From NCBI GenBank assembly GCA_000002435.2, contig CM018791.1: 64,000 nt of DNA; one strand, given 5' to 3'. This DNA comes from Giardia intestinalis (Eukaryota). Of this stretch, positions 10,901 to 19,176 are shown piece by piece; the stretch's first letter is position 1, and the number at the start of each line of letters is the position of its first letter. Made by a program: the position numbers and the translations under genes. The notes beneath the pieces are model-generated. The model saw only the letters and a list, made by a program, of their open reading frames with translations. It was not told where the DNA came from and searched no databases.

Positions 10901-13426
10901 GTTTTCGCCATGCTCACAATCACTAGTAAGACAGTCCCATGCATCTATTCCTTTCTGTGCTTCGTCGCTGAGCAGACGAGCGCCTATGCTGGTCTTTTCA
11001 TTGGCGGAGCAGGTGGTGATAAGCCCAAGGACTATTGCACACAGCTTATCCAAAGACACTGAAACACTGGCTCCAGCAGTTGTGCAATATTTATGCGCAA
11101 TCCAGCCATTTGAACCGGACGAGTATGAACGTGCAGCATCCTTCCAAGCGTACATCACATTGCGATACTCTAGCCGATCCTTGTCATTCAGTAGAGTGCC
11201 TGGCAGACTATTGAGCTGTTCAACTTCAATCGGTGCACGAGGCTTTGAGGCATTTGGGTTGAGCAAGAACTTTTGAACCGAGTGAACAGAGGGACTGACG
11301 CGAAGAATGTCATCGTACACAAGCTCGGAGGACTGGAGACTCAGTATATTTAGTGAATCGTACAAGGACTGCTCTTGCTTAGACAGCCCGTCCGGATTGA
11401 GTCCAGACTTAGTGTTTATTCCATAAATGGATTGATTAAGACCATCGCCGCTGATGGAACTACTGGAGTCGCCTGTGTAGACTGCATATGGCGTAAGGTT
11501 ATCATACCCTGGGTCGGTATAGTATCGTCCCAGAGAGTCTCCCAGCGGTGGTTGATAAAGTTGGTCAAAGCTCCTATCGTCGTTGAGTAAGATGTAAATA
11601 TCATTATGTCGAGACTCCACAGATTGCCCCTGACCTGTTTTTGCGGAATCTAAGGCATCAGGTTCAAGTTCGTGGTCTACAGACTCGGGATTACCTCCAG
11701 CTGCACCTTCTGATCGAATCCCTTTGGAGAAGAAGTGAGGAAGCACGTTAGTTAGGTTACTAAATAATTCCTTAGAGAGATATAATAACTTTCCTGACAA
11801 AAGCTCTTTATCTGAGCTTCTGCCCTGCATGGACGTTGCAGAATCAATACTAGTTAGAATTTTTTGTATCAGTGCATCTGTATTGATCACAGTGCTCCGA
11901 GGAGCAGCTTTGTCAGTGGTAGAAACAGTCCCCTTGGATAGAGTGCTGGTGAAAAAGATGGACCAGTCTATTTCCTCTGTAATCCCCACCTCTTTGAGGT
12001 TGCCCAGAACCATCAGCGAGCTTACACACTCTTCAACAGTAAGTGGGAGGGTCGGGGGTGCTAGTTGCGTGAGATAAGGCAGAGTAGGCAGAGAGACCAT
12101 TCCAGGACGGATAGATGAGGATAGCGATTCGCAACTAGGTTTAAAGGTCAGTGCATTAATAATTGGAAGAGACATGTTGTGTGCTTTGAAGAGCTGCCTT
12201 GCTGATACGTATCTTATGAAGCTGCTGTCCACGCTAGCTGTGTCCTTCATGGTCCCTGCTCTTGTTGAGGAAGGGATAGTGGAAGGTTTGCTAAAGATAT
12301 TCTCTGTACCATTGGCTGAAACGAAGTTCTGGTGACTCATAGCGTGGGTGCTCGCGTCGTCCACGAAGGACAAGGATACGTCGTTAAATGTTCTGGCCTC
12401 TATCATTGCATCCAGTATTGTTAGCTCCTGGTGAACCAGCGAAGTATAGTCCAGTTGGGGAAGCATCTCGTCCAAAAAGCTGAGTGTCCAGACATGACGC
12501 CGAACAGAGGCCTTAACGTCTTCAGTGGTTATCCAGTGATCCACCCCCGCAAAGACCGCACTAATAGCGGTATTGAGACCCATGTTACCCACAGAGGCAC
12601 CATCAACGGCTGCTCGCTTCGTGCACGAAGCCAGATCGAAGGATACTGCGTTGGAGTCCAATCCCAAGACACGAAGCTCTGTCTTTAAGCGAGTAATAAT
12701 GGTATCTTTGCTCTCGAAGTTAACCTCTGATTCTAGGAAGCAAGAAAAGACCTTTGTGAGAAGATGATCTGGAAGAACAATGTGCGAATGGACAGCTAGA
12801 GAGACAAGCCTGGTCAATAAGTCAAGTGCGGCTTGCTTGTGTCGAGTAATCTCTGCCTGCAGGAGTGAGAGTCGACATAGATTCCGGGGGCTTGCAAACT
12901 GATTGGCTACGATGAGCTTGAACAGCAAGCTACGTTCTACATGCTTGAGTTGGGTATACGCAGCAAGATTATCTTGAATTAAAAAAGAGATGAAACTGGG
13001 TGAATCGTAGGCGCATGGCTGCCCGGCAGAAAGAGTTTGAGAGACCAGAATGTCTGCATATGAAGGGGTAGCAGGAGGCTTATTCCCCAACGTGTCATAC
13101 GCCCGAGCAAAGTAATTTGTCAAGAGTGCGTGGGAGTCCTCACCGTCCAGAAGATCACCGTTGGTGTACGGCAAGGATACACCGTAAAGCGCCCTGGCGA
13201 GAGTTTTGTCTACGTCACTCATATGCAGCAACGAGTCATGGGAGAATTCTGCAGAAGTTGCAGCAGCATTGGTGAGATTGTTATGCGGCCTGCGTGAAAT
13301 GTTGGCCAGAACACGTTCATCAGCAAGTTCATGTATGCGATATATGGAAGAGGTCAGAGACGAGTAAACAGTTTGTGAGTCACTCTTCACAGACCTAAGA
13401 ATCTCACTTATTAGCTCTGTGTCCAT
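1916..13426 (-). CDS. Giant hypothetical protein (3836 aa) with a long C-terminal coiled-coil region
   Basis: An 11,511-nt uninterrupted ORF with ATG at 13424-13426. I recognise no catalytic motifs (no P-loop, HECT or kinase signatures). The last roughly 600 aa are heptad-rich and charged. An ORF of this length cannot occur by chance, so it is coding. Confidence 0.85.
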   Translation of the reverse strand: MDTELISEILRSVKSDSQTVYSSLTSSIYRIHELADERVLANISRRPHNNLTNAAATSAEFSHDSLLHMSDVDKTLARALYGVSLPYTNGDLLDGEDSHALLTNYFARAYDTLGNKPPATPSYADILVSQTLSAGQPCAYDSPSFISFLIQDNLAAYTQLKHVERSLLFKLIVANQFASPRNLCRLSLLQAEITRHKQAALDLLTRLVSLAVHSHIVLPDHLLTKVFSCFLESEVNFESKDTIITRLKTELRVLGLDSNAVSFDLASCTKRAAVDGASVGNMGLNTAISAVFAGVDHWITTEDVKASVRRHVWTLSFLDEMLPQLDYTSLVHQELTILDAMIEARTFNDVSLSFVDDASTHAMSHQNFVSANGTENIFSKPSTIPSSTRAGTMKDTASVDSSFIRYVSARQLFKAHNMSLPIINALTFKPSCESLSSSIRPGMVSLPTLPYLTQLAPPTLPLTVEECVSSLMVLGNLKEVGITEEIDWSIFFTSTLSKGTVSTTDKAAPRSTVINTDALIQKILTSIDSATSMQGRSSDKELLSGKLLYLSKELFSNLTNVLPHFFSKGIRSEGAAGGNPESVDHELEPDALDSAKTGQGQSVESRHNDIYILLNDDRSFDQLYQPPLGDSLGRYYTDPGYDNLTPYAVYTGDSSSSISGDGLNQSIYGINTKSGLNPDGLSKQEQSLYDSLNILSLQSSELVYDDILRVSPSVHSVQKFLLNPNASKPRAPIEVEQLNSLPGTLLNDKDRLEYRNVMYAWKDAARSYSSGSNGWIAHKYCTTAGASVSVSLDKLCAIVLGLITTCSANEKTSIGARLLSDEAQKGIDAWDCLTSDCEHGENSYLYKILYTALTYIRFIALSKMWTDMVLEMTKIHAILANTRVLVDFLGGDFSRVSDITYSKDAHEDSCSPSRSPQRPAMSSKRVLPPRPSTALGVQTTRSPLRSPLRELRKTPVEYEDVEPGVSQSHCRSQAELAEKETPDGAAKTELDVILNVQPIEYSSTNFAKDPLLGAQRNSGGSAGEKVICRSPTNIPGTSDAACRIAGQCEYTYNDLINTDSLPSYISPLDKLWYSLLYLKRTQTLQDSMAIGESASASLQTSAHDALPLNTADIPQKLSDSALNHLFLIAEDGVYSLSRKKLVFQSAIADVAAILRDDHIAISIYISRVFARMKTAALRLCFKRSSFYRYLLDENKDPESSPNLAKLGNKYMYENLGKADKALVDSVSLETVVDRLGILYDVLTRELQYLCAKRKAISCIYESLLHTYDVGKAREIQQVIYNLAKNRPKCFLSYPSMPCFNDELNVDDLDSGLLANHSVSELPVISAAALTVRMLPHPAYPLEVEIKTMHHLVGILTSAIDHEMKHHYTKVSSHVDHAFISQKDLDTSKSTRNEDKWASRHAGFTVFPFGHVPQSLEKDPESFFSIQSPCTPARCHVVGAYIPTLSELYRIPLALNQASAELFGAFISESNPKLFTTVQTVLSTSDGAPMNKVHSFPIYTAKLSLTCRLSVARVFARESVRLIKLWRANGSTLPKNTQIFTNSGLLGCSRPLIHLLETAMVQKKADSDKSICNTVSSDKNIVAERLVCSLIGLMVPAGGGYIGKGTLTIKEKAERAQQILEQQQKAAKRRPDRAGSALRKKLRSRAPSATGSAHNLTKSVQNNTSEVATKSVLDQSAVGSAVGTSTLRVTTKDDLSLSVRDGTASPGSAMFSTTYGGISTFSTANFSAFNDPDGPSKNLNDIDPIEADFIELDSVEFGPLAEHFARSVTLKDIFIYLDQGARIQVSNLLKDTDLRIWEGYPDVLPMPFFLLVLLLNLLWSRHLLATATVFSHVLRNVELSQVEVFTGEVISRNCIPLFPRLVLASSFSATTARASKNVLANRSYTDFSVLKNTNMQSKMSEEIAAEAYNYKEYVSYDALLNNLPFLATIDVEAMHYLLTVNTESPIHLLTCLLSEDFDLGYGISTKMTTILGETLQEVLNSGNIKGVCDSPLISDFLQGVTGIFGRTAHTEVCLNSYRSAVIRNNQFSAVFAVMSKAVHGYYDAFARRRHLVNSLIAMDPVETQSAFMHKYKCMKVGLFFANSIPLVNATKDQVSFFVSSDRTVPLDLSNIYYVSSEETLSKIALLASAEFRYRTKQFHSDDPNPAALFAYRQALFYTCCQALLTETKRTAITAQIKGQLSALRSVLQEINQDKLTILLDSPPLYRGVLEQAPNMNSTEMILTAEGFLSNPFTIPHPITFQLESNQISILEIILVYLTCLDSVVQYAVIKTLLNSSDIWFAAGIINDELKFMPELQHVTVHLNKGHSLNVHLPSDGPLVRSGDHVNQGDQAKALSATDLFALLTPSCIYLEDKELQSMNCALTSVVHEYLSVISVKGYARPKDSKVIRDIKENSSYILPEEAINTGEKRQETVLVDREAITVQSKTRVMEMELEGTLENTQDDIYVLYDTAKRNLEYCKLDIFVKKLIEMKDRVDLLLLSTVAHATNSYVHKGLGLAARSFLRTAQILAVRYNYQLGMHGFNLEVHPTALYTKLATTALQRSMKENAGASPYTPFPGNSIDTVSRSSSELKLKHQCLEPYDVSLKTPFYYHNKMVRSAIEHPHTSIASYCTRNSNVVVTLDPEKHTETNGSKPSDQNIPDNDGEKKLNFTYPLQANIKRTADYQIGSVFSSHPTSSYAAGPTMSLMACMNIPVMDGISNFHSRFALTNAVARIQLYKIGISSSGLTNRLPLLLDPVVFHYISGSLSCGSQQASPLTIRPYIPSTIRAFTSFSYINTYNAPYSSPLHIRALANGFGINGSIGAYFPFGLCYDFTLLKQRKHSVLDTRASVACTANLSTDLDFGESAVPSPSSPQTDSEIFPGSLYLPAMITDQSASLLAGLTSLELDALCITELTRSSNKEREQPGYGAEVETDAGTNMAEGKSNSPSCDKSSWAGKKIESILASRIIEQDRLERLYLRLHGFNDNHKHSALLSPVGIFGVQRALQMMRIPFIKKLQETRQQEDELNKKRSVFDRSKGPTLVALKKRDMQTFLALPLFVYMSERTTDKVAVKADVQSFQECLFILRSVQTEVLCENIKCIAMRQLWRRIGYLENNLAGLNKYNALTDATIDFGSGASSLGSAYINFLSSIGEGVRLSQMANVLSRERSNAKASFGISSLKQIPPSIIVSMGLASGLVDTMPSDIISTSGFRDAGLSNSAALSAKIKATKALVDILETGIIEGGDAAIKQLKAKAVDSLDQAYLSFDDYSLMNMYIIRIMSGFINFTVSRLASKLKRELLGVQIRNPMSFLYTLSSVYTAAHANALSYTLDMPSYVSTSLLPKASATPPLSESTSSLEKERFSLELLLFRVENVTEKFNDLAVDVAGSMAAIESYFTDIIGKRTGALGLKLYKQNYRNIEAFHSRKHALREEITRRALASLNPVATAYTEELTTMTLECYNNVKSLHIKETCLRNALHAEMSRRILLLYDSILLAKRHRYLLLSRKQDTIHRAVLNTRKSYMTTLGYISKDFAQQNPASERATGAIGDDNLGEYDYDIIAKYDAMLKDLTEEWGNVRIRLHLERNFSNLYISHLRTKLSDLLSSIGDELSKYNKDIWIASARGKEIELTLGSRVHNLQAIIADKTSETTELRAQIDGLAAKRNRVESARHPEKMGDSDSNKSSLPGLDKAGTQLAVEGKGASIYGLAAKKFLPELSKAAVKGGIKLCTDAEVQLIQLKKLSVERESLAAEKQRLEQAINQIRRQSSVTENNLRRSIQKEKHAITTAETQCTEAMSRATATKASVSVLQQNAAYIEDEAAEQDRQRLLNDIDNAMQDVASMKEKIGNLTRAYPELFLQDM

Positions 13427-13492
13427 AGATTGCGAAACCTGCAGAGAACAGACTAGCGATCAGGAAGGCCCGGGATTTAAAATTTTAAAGCC
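13427..13492. promoter_or_regulatory. 66-bp divergent intergenic spacer, presumed bidirectional promoter for the giant gene (-) and the CFAP20-domain gene (+)
   Basis: Head-to-head ATGs at 13426 (-) and 13493 (+). An A/T-rich initiator-like element ('gatttaaaattttaaagcc') sits immediately 5' of the + ATG, typical of Giardia core promoters. Confidence 0.4.
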
Positions 13493-15370
13493 ATGTTCAA
13501 GCGGGCGTTCCAGGGAGGACCCTTCATTTCGCTGCTTGAAATAAAGGGCCAAGCACCTGCACAAGGATGGAACATGAAGAAGGCTACTATTGCCCGTAAT
13601 TACAACAAGGAGATGAAAACTTATGTTCTCGATGTTGACGGCCCCGTTGGCTCAAAGATTACAATGCCCGAGGCGCCCGAGAAACAAGTTCTTGGCATCA
13701 TACAACCGTTTCTCTTGATGCAATTATTTATTCCCAAAGACCAGATTTTCTCCTTGAACTTAGGTGTTGCCGATTGCTCCAAAAACAGAATTAGACTATA
13801 CTTTTCAACAGCTAATAAAGTAGTAAAGATAACCTCTCTCCATGCCAGGTTGCCACTGCACGCAGTCGCAGGTGCGTGGTCATGTCTCGTCTTCGATTTA
13901 ATGGAGATTACTCGCAGCTGCTTTCCGAATTCAGAATTTGCCAGTCTGAATTCTGTTGAGATAATGCCGTGCTGTACCTTACTGCGCGTTTTCACTGTCA
14001 AGACATGCCCTCTTCCCACCCTGGAGCTCTATTGTCCGAAAGACGAAGAAGACGCGCGCGCAAATCCGCGTATGCCAAAGCCCCGGTTTAGCCTTAGGCA
14101 GTATGCGCCTTTAGACAAGAAGGTGGAGATTGGGATTGATGTGCACGTACAGGTGTTGGATGAATTTTACCTCTCGCTCTTTCGTGAAAACAAGCCAAAT
14201 ACAGACCTTGCTGTACGGGACAGAGATACTCTCCTAGAGGCCCGCAAAGAATTCATCCCTGGTTATAGGGAAGCAGAAGAGAAGCCTCCTGAATCGGTCA
14301 AAATTGTAAAGAATGCACCACTAATTCAGATTGATGCAGGTGCCCATACCGCTGCCAAGACTGTGAGATCAGATCCTGATGCAACAGTATCTCCGAAAGA
14401 CTCTGATCCCGTCCCGGAACGGAAGTATAACGTTTTGGCTAGCGAATCCCACGATCAGCCTCCTACACATATTAAGCAAAGCACAGATGCCAGGGCAGCG
14501 AAGGGGCGCCAGGTGGCAAAGCCTTCTGGGACAGGCAGCATTAGAGCAGCTATAGAGTTCAATGCCAAGCAAGATGATAGCAGTGTGGCAGCTGCATCTA
14601 TTGGTCGTGAGAAGAGTCAAGATTTTGTGCGGCAAACCAGCAAAATACCAAAGATGAGTGCACAATGTGACACTACTAATAGCGTAATAGATCTGACTCT
14701 CAACGCCATCCCCGTTGTGCTAAATCCAGAGCAGTGTGGAAAGAGCGCAACTAGTGCAAATGGGGTCACCACTGATAGAGCTACTACGCCAGTTACACGG
14801 CTCAAGGGAGTGCGGGTTGGTCTTGTGGACGATGAAGTTCTCGGGAGCATGGTCGAGACCCAGAACTATGCTGTTCTGGGAGATGCAAATATGCCAACTG
14901 ATACCGCTGCTCCAGGCAGCAACAAAATGGATACCAGCAAAATGGCTAGGAGCATGGTCAATACCCTTGTAACTTCTAACCGGACAATACCACAGGATCT
15001 TATCGACACTGTCTATAGTGTCGCTACAAATGAAGGGCAGCCAGACTCTGAAGACATAGAGGATTATGACGGCGGAGTAGACGACCTTGGGGGGCAATTT
15101 ACAAATGCACACGCAAGTGTAGTTAACGATGATGCCAATGAAGGTGATAGCGACAGCTCCTACAGCTACTACTCAACGGACAATGATAATGATGACAATG
15201 ACGATATCCCTGATCCGGCCCCAGATGGGGAGACGCACTCTGCTGTGCCAGATCCAGCTACCAATCTCCGCCTTGCCAGTCAGCTATCTGGTGGAATAAG
15301 ATACGATGAAAACACAGGTGTATACTTAGAGATTGATGATTCCAATATCCCTGGGCCTATGGACGAATAG
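13493..15370 (+). CDS. CFAP20/DUF667 domain-containing protein (CFAP20DC-like), N-terminal Bug22-like domain plus long acidic D/N-rich tail (625 aa)
   Basis: The first ~190 aa match the ciliary inner-junction protein CFAP20 from memory: MFKRAFQGGPFISLL...W...LGIIQPFLLM...RIRLYF...W..LVFDL.EITR...RVF. The remainder is low-complexity acidic tail ('DSDSSYSYYSTDNDNDDNDD'). Confidence 0.6.
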   Translation: MFKRAFQGGPFISLLEIKGQAPAQGWNMKKATIARNYNKEMKTYVLDVDGPVGSKITMPEAPEKQVLGIIQPFLLMQLFIPKDQIFSLNLGVADCSKNRIRLYFSTANKVVKITSLHARLPLHAVAGAWSCLVFDLMEITRSCFPNSEFASLNSVEIMPCCTLLRVFTVKTCPLPTLELYCPKDEEDARANPRMPKPRFSLRQYAPLDKKVEIGIDVHVQVLDEFYLSLFRENKPNTDLAVRDRDTLLEARKEFIPGYREAEEKPPESVKIVKNAPLIQIDAGAHTAAKTVRSDPDATVSPKDSDPVPERKYNVLASESHDQPPTHIKQSTDARAAKGRQVAKPSGTGSIRAAIEFNAKQDDSSVAAASIGREKSQDFVRQTSKIPKMSAQCDTTNSVIDLTLNAIPVVLNPEQCGKSATSANGVTTDRATTPVTRLKGVRVGLVDDEVLGSMVETQNYAVLGDANMPTDTAAPGSNKMDTSKMARSMVNTLVTSNRTIPQDLIDTVYSVATNEGQPDSEDIEDYDGGVDDLGGQFTNAHASVVNDDANEGDSDSSYSYYSTDNDNDDNDDIPDPAPDGETHSAVPDPATNLRLASQLSGGIRYDENTGVYLEIDDSNIPGPMDE

Positions 15371-15662
15371 TCTGTGTTTCTGCTATCATAGATTGAAACT
15401 TAGACTTCTCCTTCCTATCACCTTTTGTCCTTCTGAGATGCATTAGTTAATATGAAACCCTAACATCCACTCTAGCACTCACGTGATATAAAAGACCTCA
15501 GCGAAAGGACCCTATCCTACTTTATGTCACTAAAACTGGTACAACCTCGACTCACCGGGGTTCTCCACGACACCAAAAGAGTAAACCTTCAGTCGACAGT
15601 TGACCCCACCAACGACCGACATCGCGGGAAAACAAAGATTCACTCCCAAGCTCGAGTTGGTC

Positions 15663-16814
15663 TTACCTTGCCTCTTCGAGTGTCACAGAAAGCTTAGACC
15701 CATCGATGTCCATATTGCTAAATGCTTCCATGAGAATCTTCCCGTTCTCCTCCGTGCAGAAGAACGATATCACAGAGGAATCGGGACGCCTGGGTCTCTG
15801 CAGGTGGGACTCCGCGATAGCCTTCAGAATACTTGCATGCTCATTCTCGTTGAGGCTTCCCTTAATGTCGTCGAAAGTGACACCACTGGGGACATTCGCG
15901 ACCTTCAGGAAGCTTGGAAGCCTCTTTCCATCAGCGGCGCGCTTCTTCGTGGAGCTCTGTTTGTCACCCTGAGCTCCCCTTCGAGATTGTGACCCTGACT
16001 GATCAGCCTTATCAGTTCCAGCCTTGTCCTTTGCGCGACCTGCCGCCTCACTGGGCTTCTTCTTCTTGTCGCTTGCAGCAGACCCATCGCCTGCAGAGTC
16101 TAACCTCTCGCGACGCTCCTGGGCACGCTTGCGACGCTCTTCTAAGTTGATAAACTTGATAGATGGGACGCGCTCAAAGTAGCCGTCAGCAAGGAGGCTG
16201 TTGAAGATCTTCTCAACGTCGGAAACCGGGACAACGACGGCCACCCTCGTGCCTCTCTGCGGCGCACGCCCCTCGACAAATCGAATAGCCATCATCGCGC
16301 ACCTGTCCTTCACCGATGCACCGCTGCCGTCCTTGAGGGCGTCCGCCTCGACCTTCTCGCGAATGGCATCCAACACCTGGTACTTTGCAGTGATTTTAAA
16401 CTTGTGATCCTTGGCTGGCGTGATCTTCGAGAACGTCTTGGTCAAGAAAGCGATGACCTTCTCTGAGTCTATGATTCCATCCGGTGCGGAGCTAACCACA
16501 AGGAGAGCGTTTTTGTCCGACTTGAGGTAGTCCGCGTTCTGCTCCTTGAACCTAGCGAAGAAAGCCTTGTTGCGCTCGACAAAGACCTGGCGCAGGACAA
16601 TCTGGTCTGGGGAAACTAGCTCAGCGTTAGAATGCTTCTCCTGAATGGCGGAGAAGAACTTATGGTACCCGCAAGGTATCTCAACACCCTTCTCAGTCTC
16701 GCGGACATTGGAGAGGAACTTTCGAGAAAAGAGCTCCCTGACATTCCCCGCGACCTCCTTTATGGAGGCCATAAACTCATCAGTGAGCTTCGCACCCTTA
16801 ACGATGATTGGCAT
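15663..16814 (-). CDS. Hypothetical protein, possibly a La-like RNA-binding protein (RRM-like segments plus basic linker) (383 aa)
   Basis: Clean ORF with ATG at 16812-16814. There is a central K/R-rich linker. C-terminal segments ('GTRVAVVVPVSDVEKIFNSL', 'SFLKVANVPSGVTFDDIKGSL') resemble La RRM1/RRM2 beta-strand regions. The N-terminal La-motif match is weak, so the product call is low confidence. Confidence 0.5.
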   Translation of the reverse strand: MPIIVKGAKLTDEFMASIKEVAGNVRELFSRKFLSNVRETEKGVEIPCGYHKFFSAIQEKHSNAELVSPDQIVLRQVFVERNKAFFARFKEQNADYLKSDKNALLVVSSAPDGIIDSEKVIAFLTKTFSKITPAKDHKFKITAKYQVLDAIREKVEADALKDGSGASVKDRCAMMAIRFVEGRAPQRGTRVAVVVPVSDVEKIFNSLLADGYFERVPSIKFINLEERRKRAQERRERLDSAGDGSAASDKKKKPSEAAGRAKDKAGTDKADQSGSQSRRGAQGDKQSSTKKRAADGKRLPSFLKVANVPSGVTFDDIKGSLNENEHASILKAIAESHLQRPRRPDSSVISFFCTEENGKILMEAFSNMDIDGSKLSVTLEEAR

Positions 16815-17301
16815 TCGCCCGGGTCTTTAATTATTACATTGAAATGACTTTAAATTTGTTTCTTTAAAAAGGATTGTCCGCGAACGCTATAAGCGCTGCG
16901 TAACCACCACGGCAAGTATTAGCAGTGCCGACTTGACCGTTCAGCGCTGTAACATATTTTTCTTTTAGACCCAGCGGCAAATCTCTTCATACATTTAATT
17001 ATATAACAACGATGAAGGTCTATCTCGCCCTACATCAGCACTACATTGGTATTGCCTGGGCGTTCTCCTACCTTTTGTTTCTAGTGTCTATGTTTTCTCT
17101 CAATTGGCTTTTGCTACGTTCCTCATTTCCTAGACTGCTTACTGGGCCTAATCCGATCGTAGAGCAAGCACTCAAAAAGGGCGCTCACACTTCATAGTGA
17201 GTATGAAAATGTGCGAAAAACTGAAACGCAAGGTTACAAAGGTAGACAAAGGATGAAGCAAGATTTCAATTAAAATAAAGCTTTTCGTAGCTTCATAGGC
17301 A

Positions 17302-19176
17302 ATGCTCCCGGCGTTTCCAGCTCCGGGAGCAAATATCTATCGCTCCAGCTTCTCTCTTGCAGCAAATTTTCGTACCACCAGCCTCTTGTTACGTGATTTT
17401 GGGGCCCTTTTGGATTCCCTACAAGATCACAGCACGAGACTGATAGAGGACAACATGGCAATCCTTGAGTTGCTATTGAATGCATCCTTTTGTCATGCTT
17501 TCTTCTTCCAAACCAGGGTCCTTCTTAAGAGCCACTTATCATATAGCTGGGAACCCTTACCGCACCAAACCACCCTCCCTCAAGAAAAGGTTATTTTAGG
17601 AGGCATTCTGGGCGGCTATCAATCGTATGTCAAGTGGATACAGCAGGAGTGCGAGTTCTTCACCAGATCTTCCGGCGACTTTATTGTTCAAAGGCATACG
17701 TTTGCCATTCTCAAGGCCATGCAACTCCAGGCAAGGCTGGTTTTTTTGGCGTTCAACCAGAACAGTCAGGACATAGATAACATTATTGTTGAGCTGCAAA
17801 AGCTTAAAGAGTTCTACGACAACCCATACGGCACTTTAGAGGCTCCTCTAGTCGTCACAGAAAAGCAGTTACATACTAAATTTCAGAAACTTATCAACAT
17901 ATCACGTTCTCTTGCGGAAGTACAAACAGCCATGGAATTGAGTGCCAAAGAGACACAAAATCTGTGTCGGCAAGATGCCAACTTTCTTTCAGTATATCTA
18001 TCACAAAATTCTGCCGCATCACTAAGTCAAGAGGCACTGGGAACTACTGTCAAAAGATATAAAGAAAGCAAGACTGTGCGAGTGTACAGGGAAGAGCTGG
18101 CGTCCATAGACTTCTATCGGCATCTTCCTCTTTTTGCACGTGGATCCCTCGTCTCTGTGGCCCATAAATTGAACAGCAGGCTATGTTATTGTCGCCATAG
18201 CACCTTCCGCTTACTTCAAGTGGGAGAGTATCGTTATGGACATAGATACGCTCAGGTGATTAAGTCTAAGTACAGTGACAGGTTTCTAGACTTTCAGGAA
18301 ATATTTATGCTGCAGGACGCTCTGGACAAGCAAAGCATAGGGGCATATAGCACGACGAAACTTCTTATTCTGGGGCTCCTCTTGGCTGGTAAGCATGACA
18401 CGGCACGTAAGGAAATCATTGAGCTGCTAGAAAAGATGAGCACCGTAGACATCATTCTTACCGATTGGCTTTATATCTGCGACGATTGCATAATGCACGT
18501 TTCTGCCTCAGACGCTCTAAAGAGACACGCCACCATGCTCTCTAATGGGGACAGCTACCTTCCGCTTCTAAGGGTACTGGGCATGATGCACTACTCTGTA
18601 CACACCTACACATCGACAACAGTCAATCCATCAGAGCTTTATGAGGACCTCAAGAATCCTGAACGCCATTGGCACCGTGTTGGGAGCCAGGAGAGTGATA
18701 ACTTGAAGGTCCTGCTGCTAGGAACTACCAGCACGGTGCTTATGGAAGTGGCGGTTCAATCTATGCGATGGATTTTTCATAGACTTGCTCTATCTCTAGC
18801 AGACCCCATAGGCTCCCCCTTCTCCTTAGTCCAGCACATCATCCTTCTTTTCAATCTCTTGCTTATCCCCTTAGACATGTTGCTTGTCACTGCTAAAGAG
18901 GAGCACAGGACGGAGCTCAAGAAAGCTTTGTATGTGGCAGCTCCACACCTCGACGCCGTCATAGATTTGATCCTAGAAGGAAAACATGGAATACTGTTCA
19001 TTGTAAAAGGCTCTGGGTATGCTGGGCTCATGACAGTTGTGCGTCTGGTGGCAGAGACGACCATGGAGCAATACTATAGTGACCTCTACACCACCCTACT
19101 CAAACATTTAAGCATGGAAAGCGTGCCACCAGCTACTCGACGTCTCATAGAAAGATATACTTTAATCTCAATTTAA
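17302..19176 (+). CDS. Hypothetical protein (624 aa)
   Basis: Long ORF with ATG at 17302. No recognised domain. Confidence 0.6.
   Translation: MLPAFPAPGANIYRSSFSLAANFRTTSLLLRDFGALLDSLQDHSTRLIEDNMAILELLLNASFCHAFFFQTRVLLKSHLSYSWEPLPHQTTLPQEKVILGGILGGYQSYVKWIQQECEFFTRSSGDFIVQRHTFAILKAMQLQARLVFLAFNQNSQDIDNIIVELQKLKEFYDNPYGTLEAPLVVTEKQLHTKFQKLINISRSLAEVQTAMELSAKETQNLCRQDANFLSVYLSQNSAASLSQEALGTTVKRYKESKTVRVYREELASIDFYRHLPLFARGSLVSVAHKLNSRLCYCRHSTFRLLQVGEYRYGHRYAQVIKSKYSDRFLDFQEIFMLQDALDKQSIGAYSTTKLLILGLLLAGKHDTARKEIIELLEKMSTVDIILTDWLYICDDCIMHVSASDALKRHATMLSNGDSYLPLLRVLGMMHYSVHTYTSTTVNPSELYEDLKNPERHWHRVGSQESDNLKVLLLGTTSTVLMEVAVQSMRWIFHRLALSLADPIGSPFSLVQHIILLFNLLLIPLDMLLVTAKEEHRTELKKALYVAAPHLDAVIDLILEGKHGILFIVKGSGYAGLMTVVRLVAETTMEQYYSDLYTTLLKHLSMESVPPATRRLIERYTLISI

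Noticed and set aside
2389-12767. Dozens of 60-150-aa ORFs on the + strand inside the giant minus-strand gene (e.g. 3774..4067, 8457..8771, 10887..11276).
   Set aside because: They are antisense or out-of-frame to an 11.5-kb uninterrupted ORF and have low-complexity, non-protein-like composition. They are spurious shadow ORFs.
17012-17197. 61-aa hydrophobic ORF in the 490-bp spacer upstream of the 17302 gene.
   Set aside because: It is too short and compositionally unremarkable to call as a gene from sequence alone. I have flagged the spacer instead as a place to look for ncRNA or small-ORF expression.
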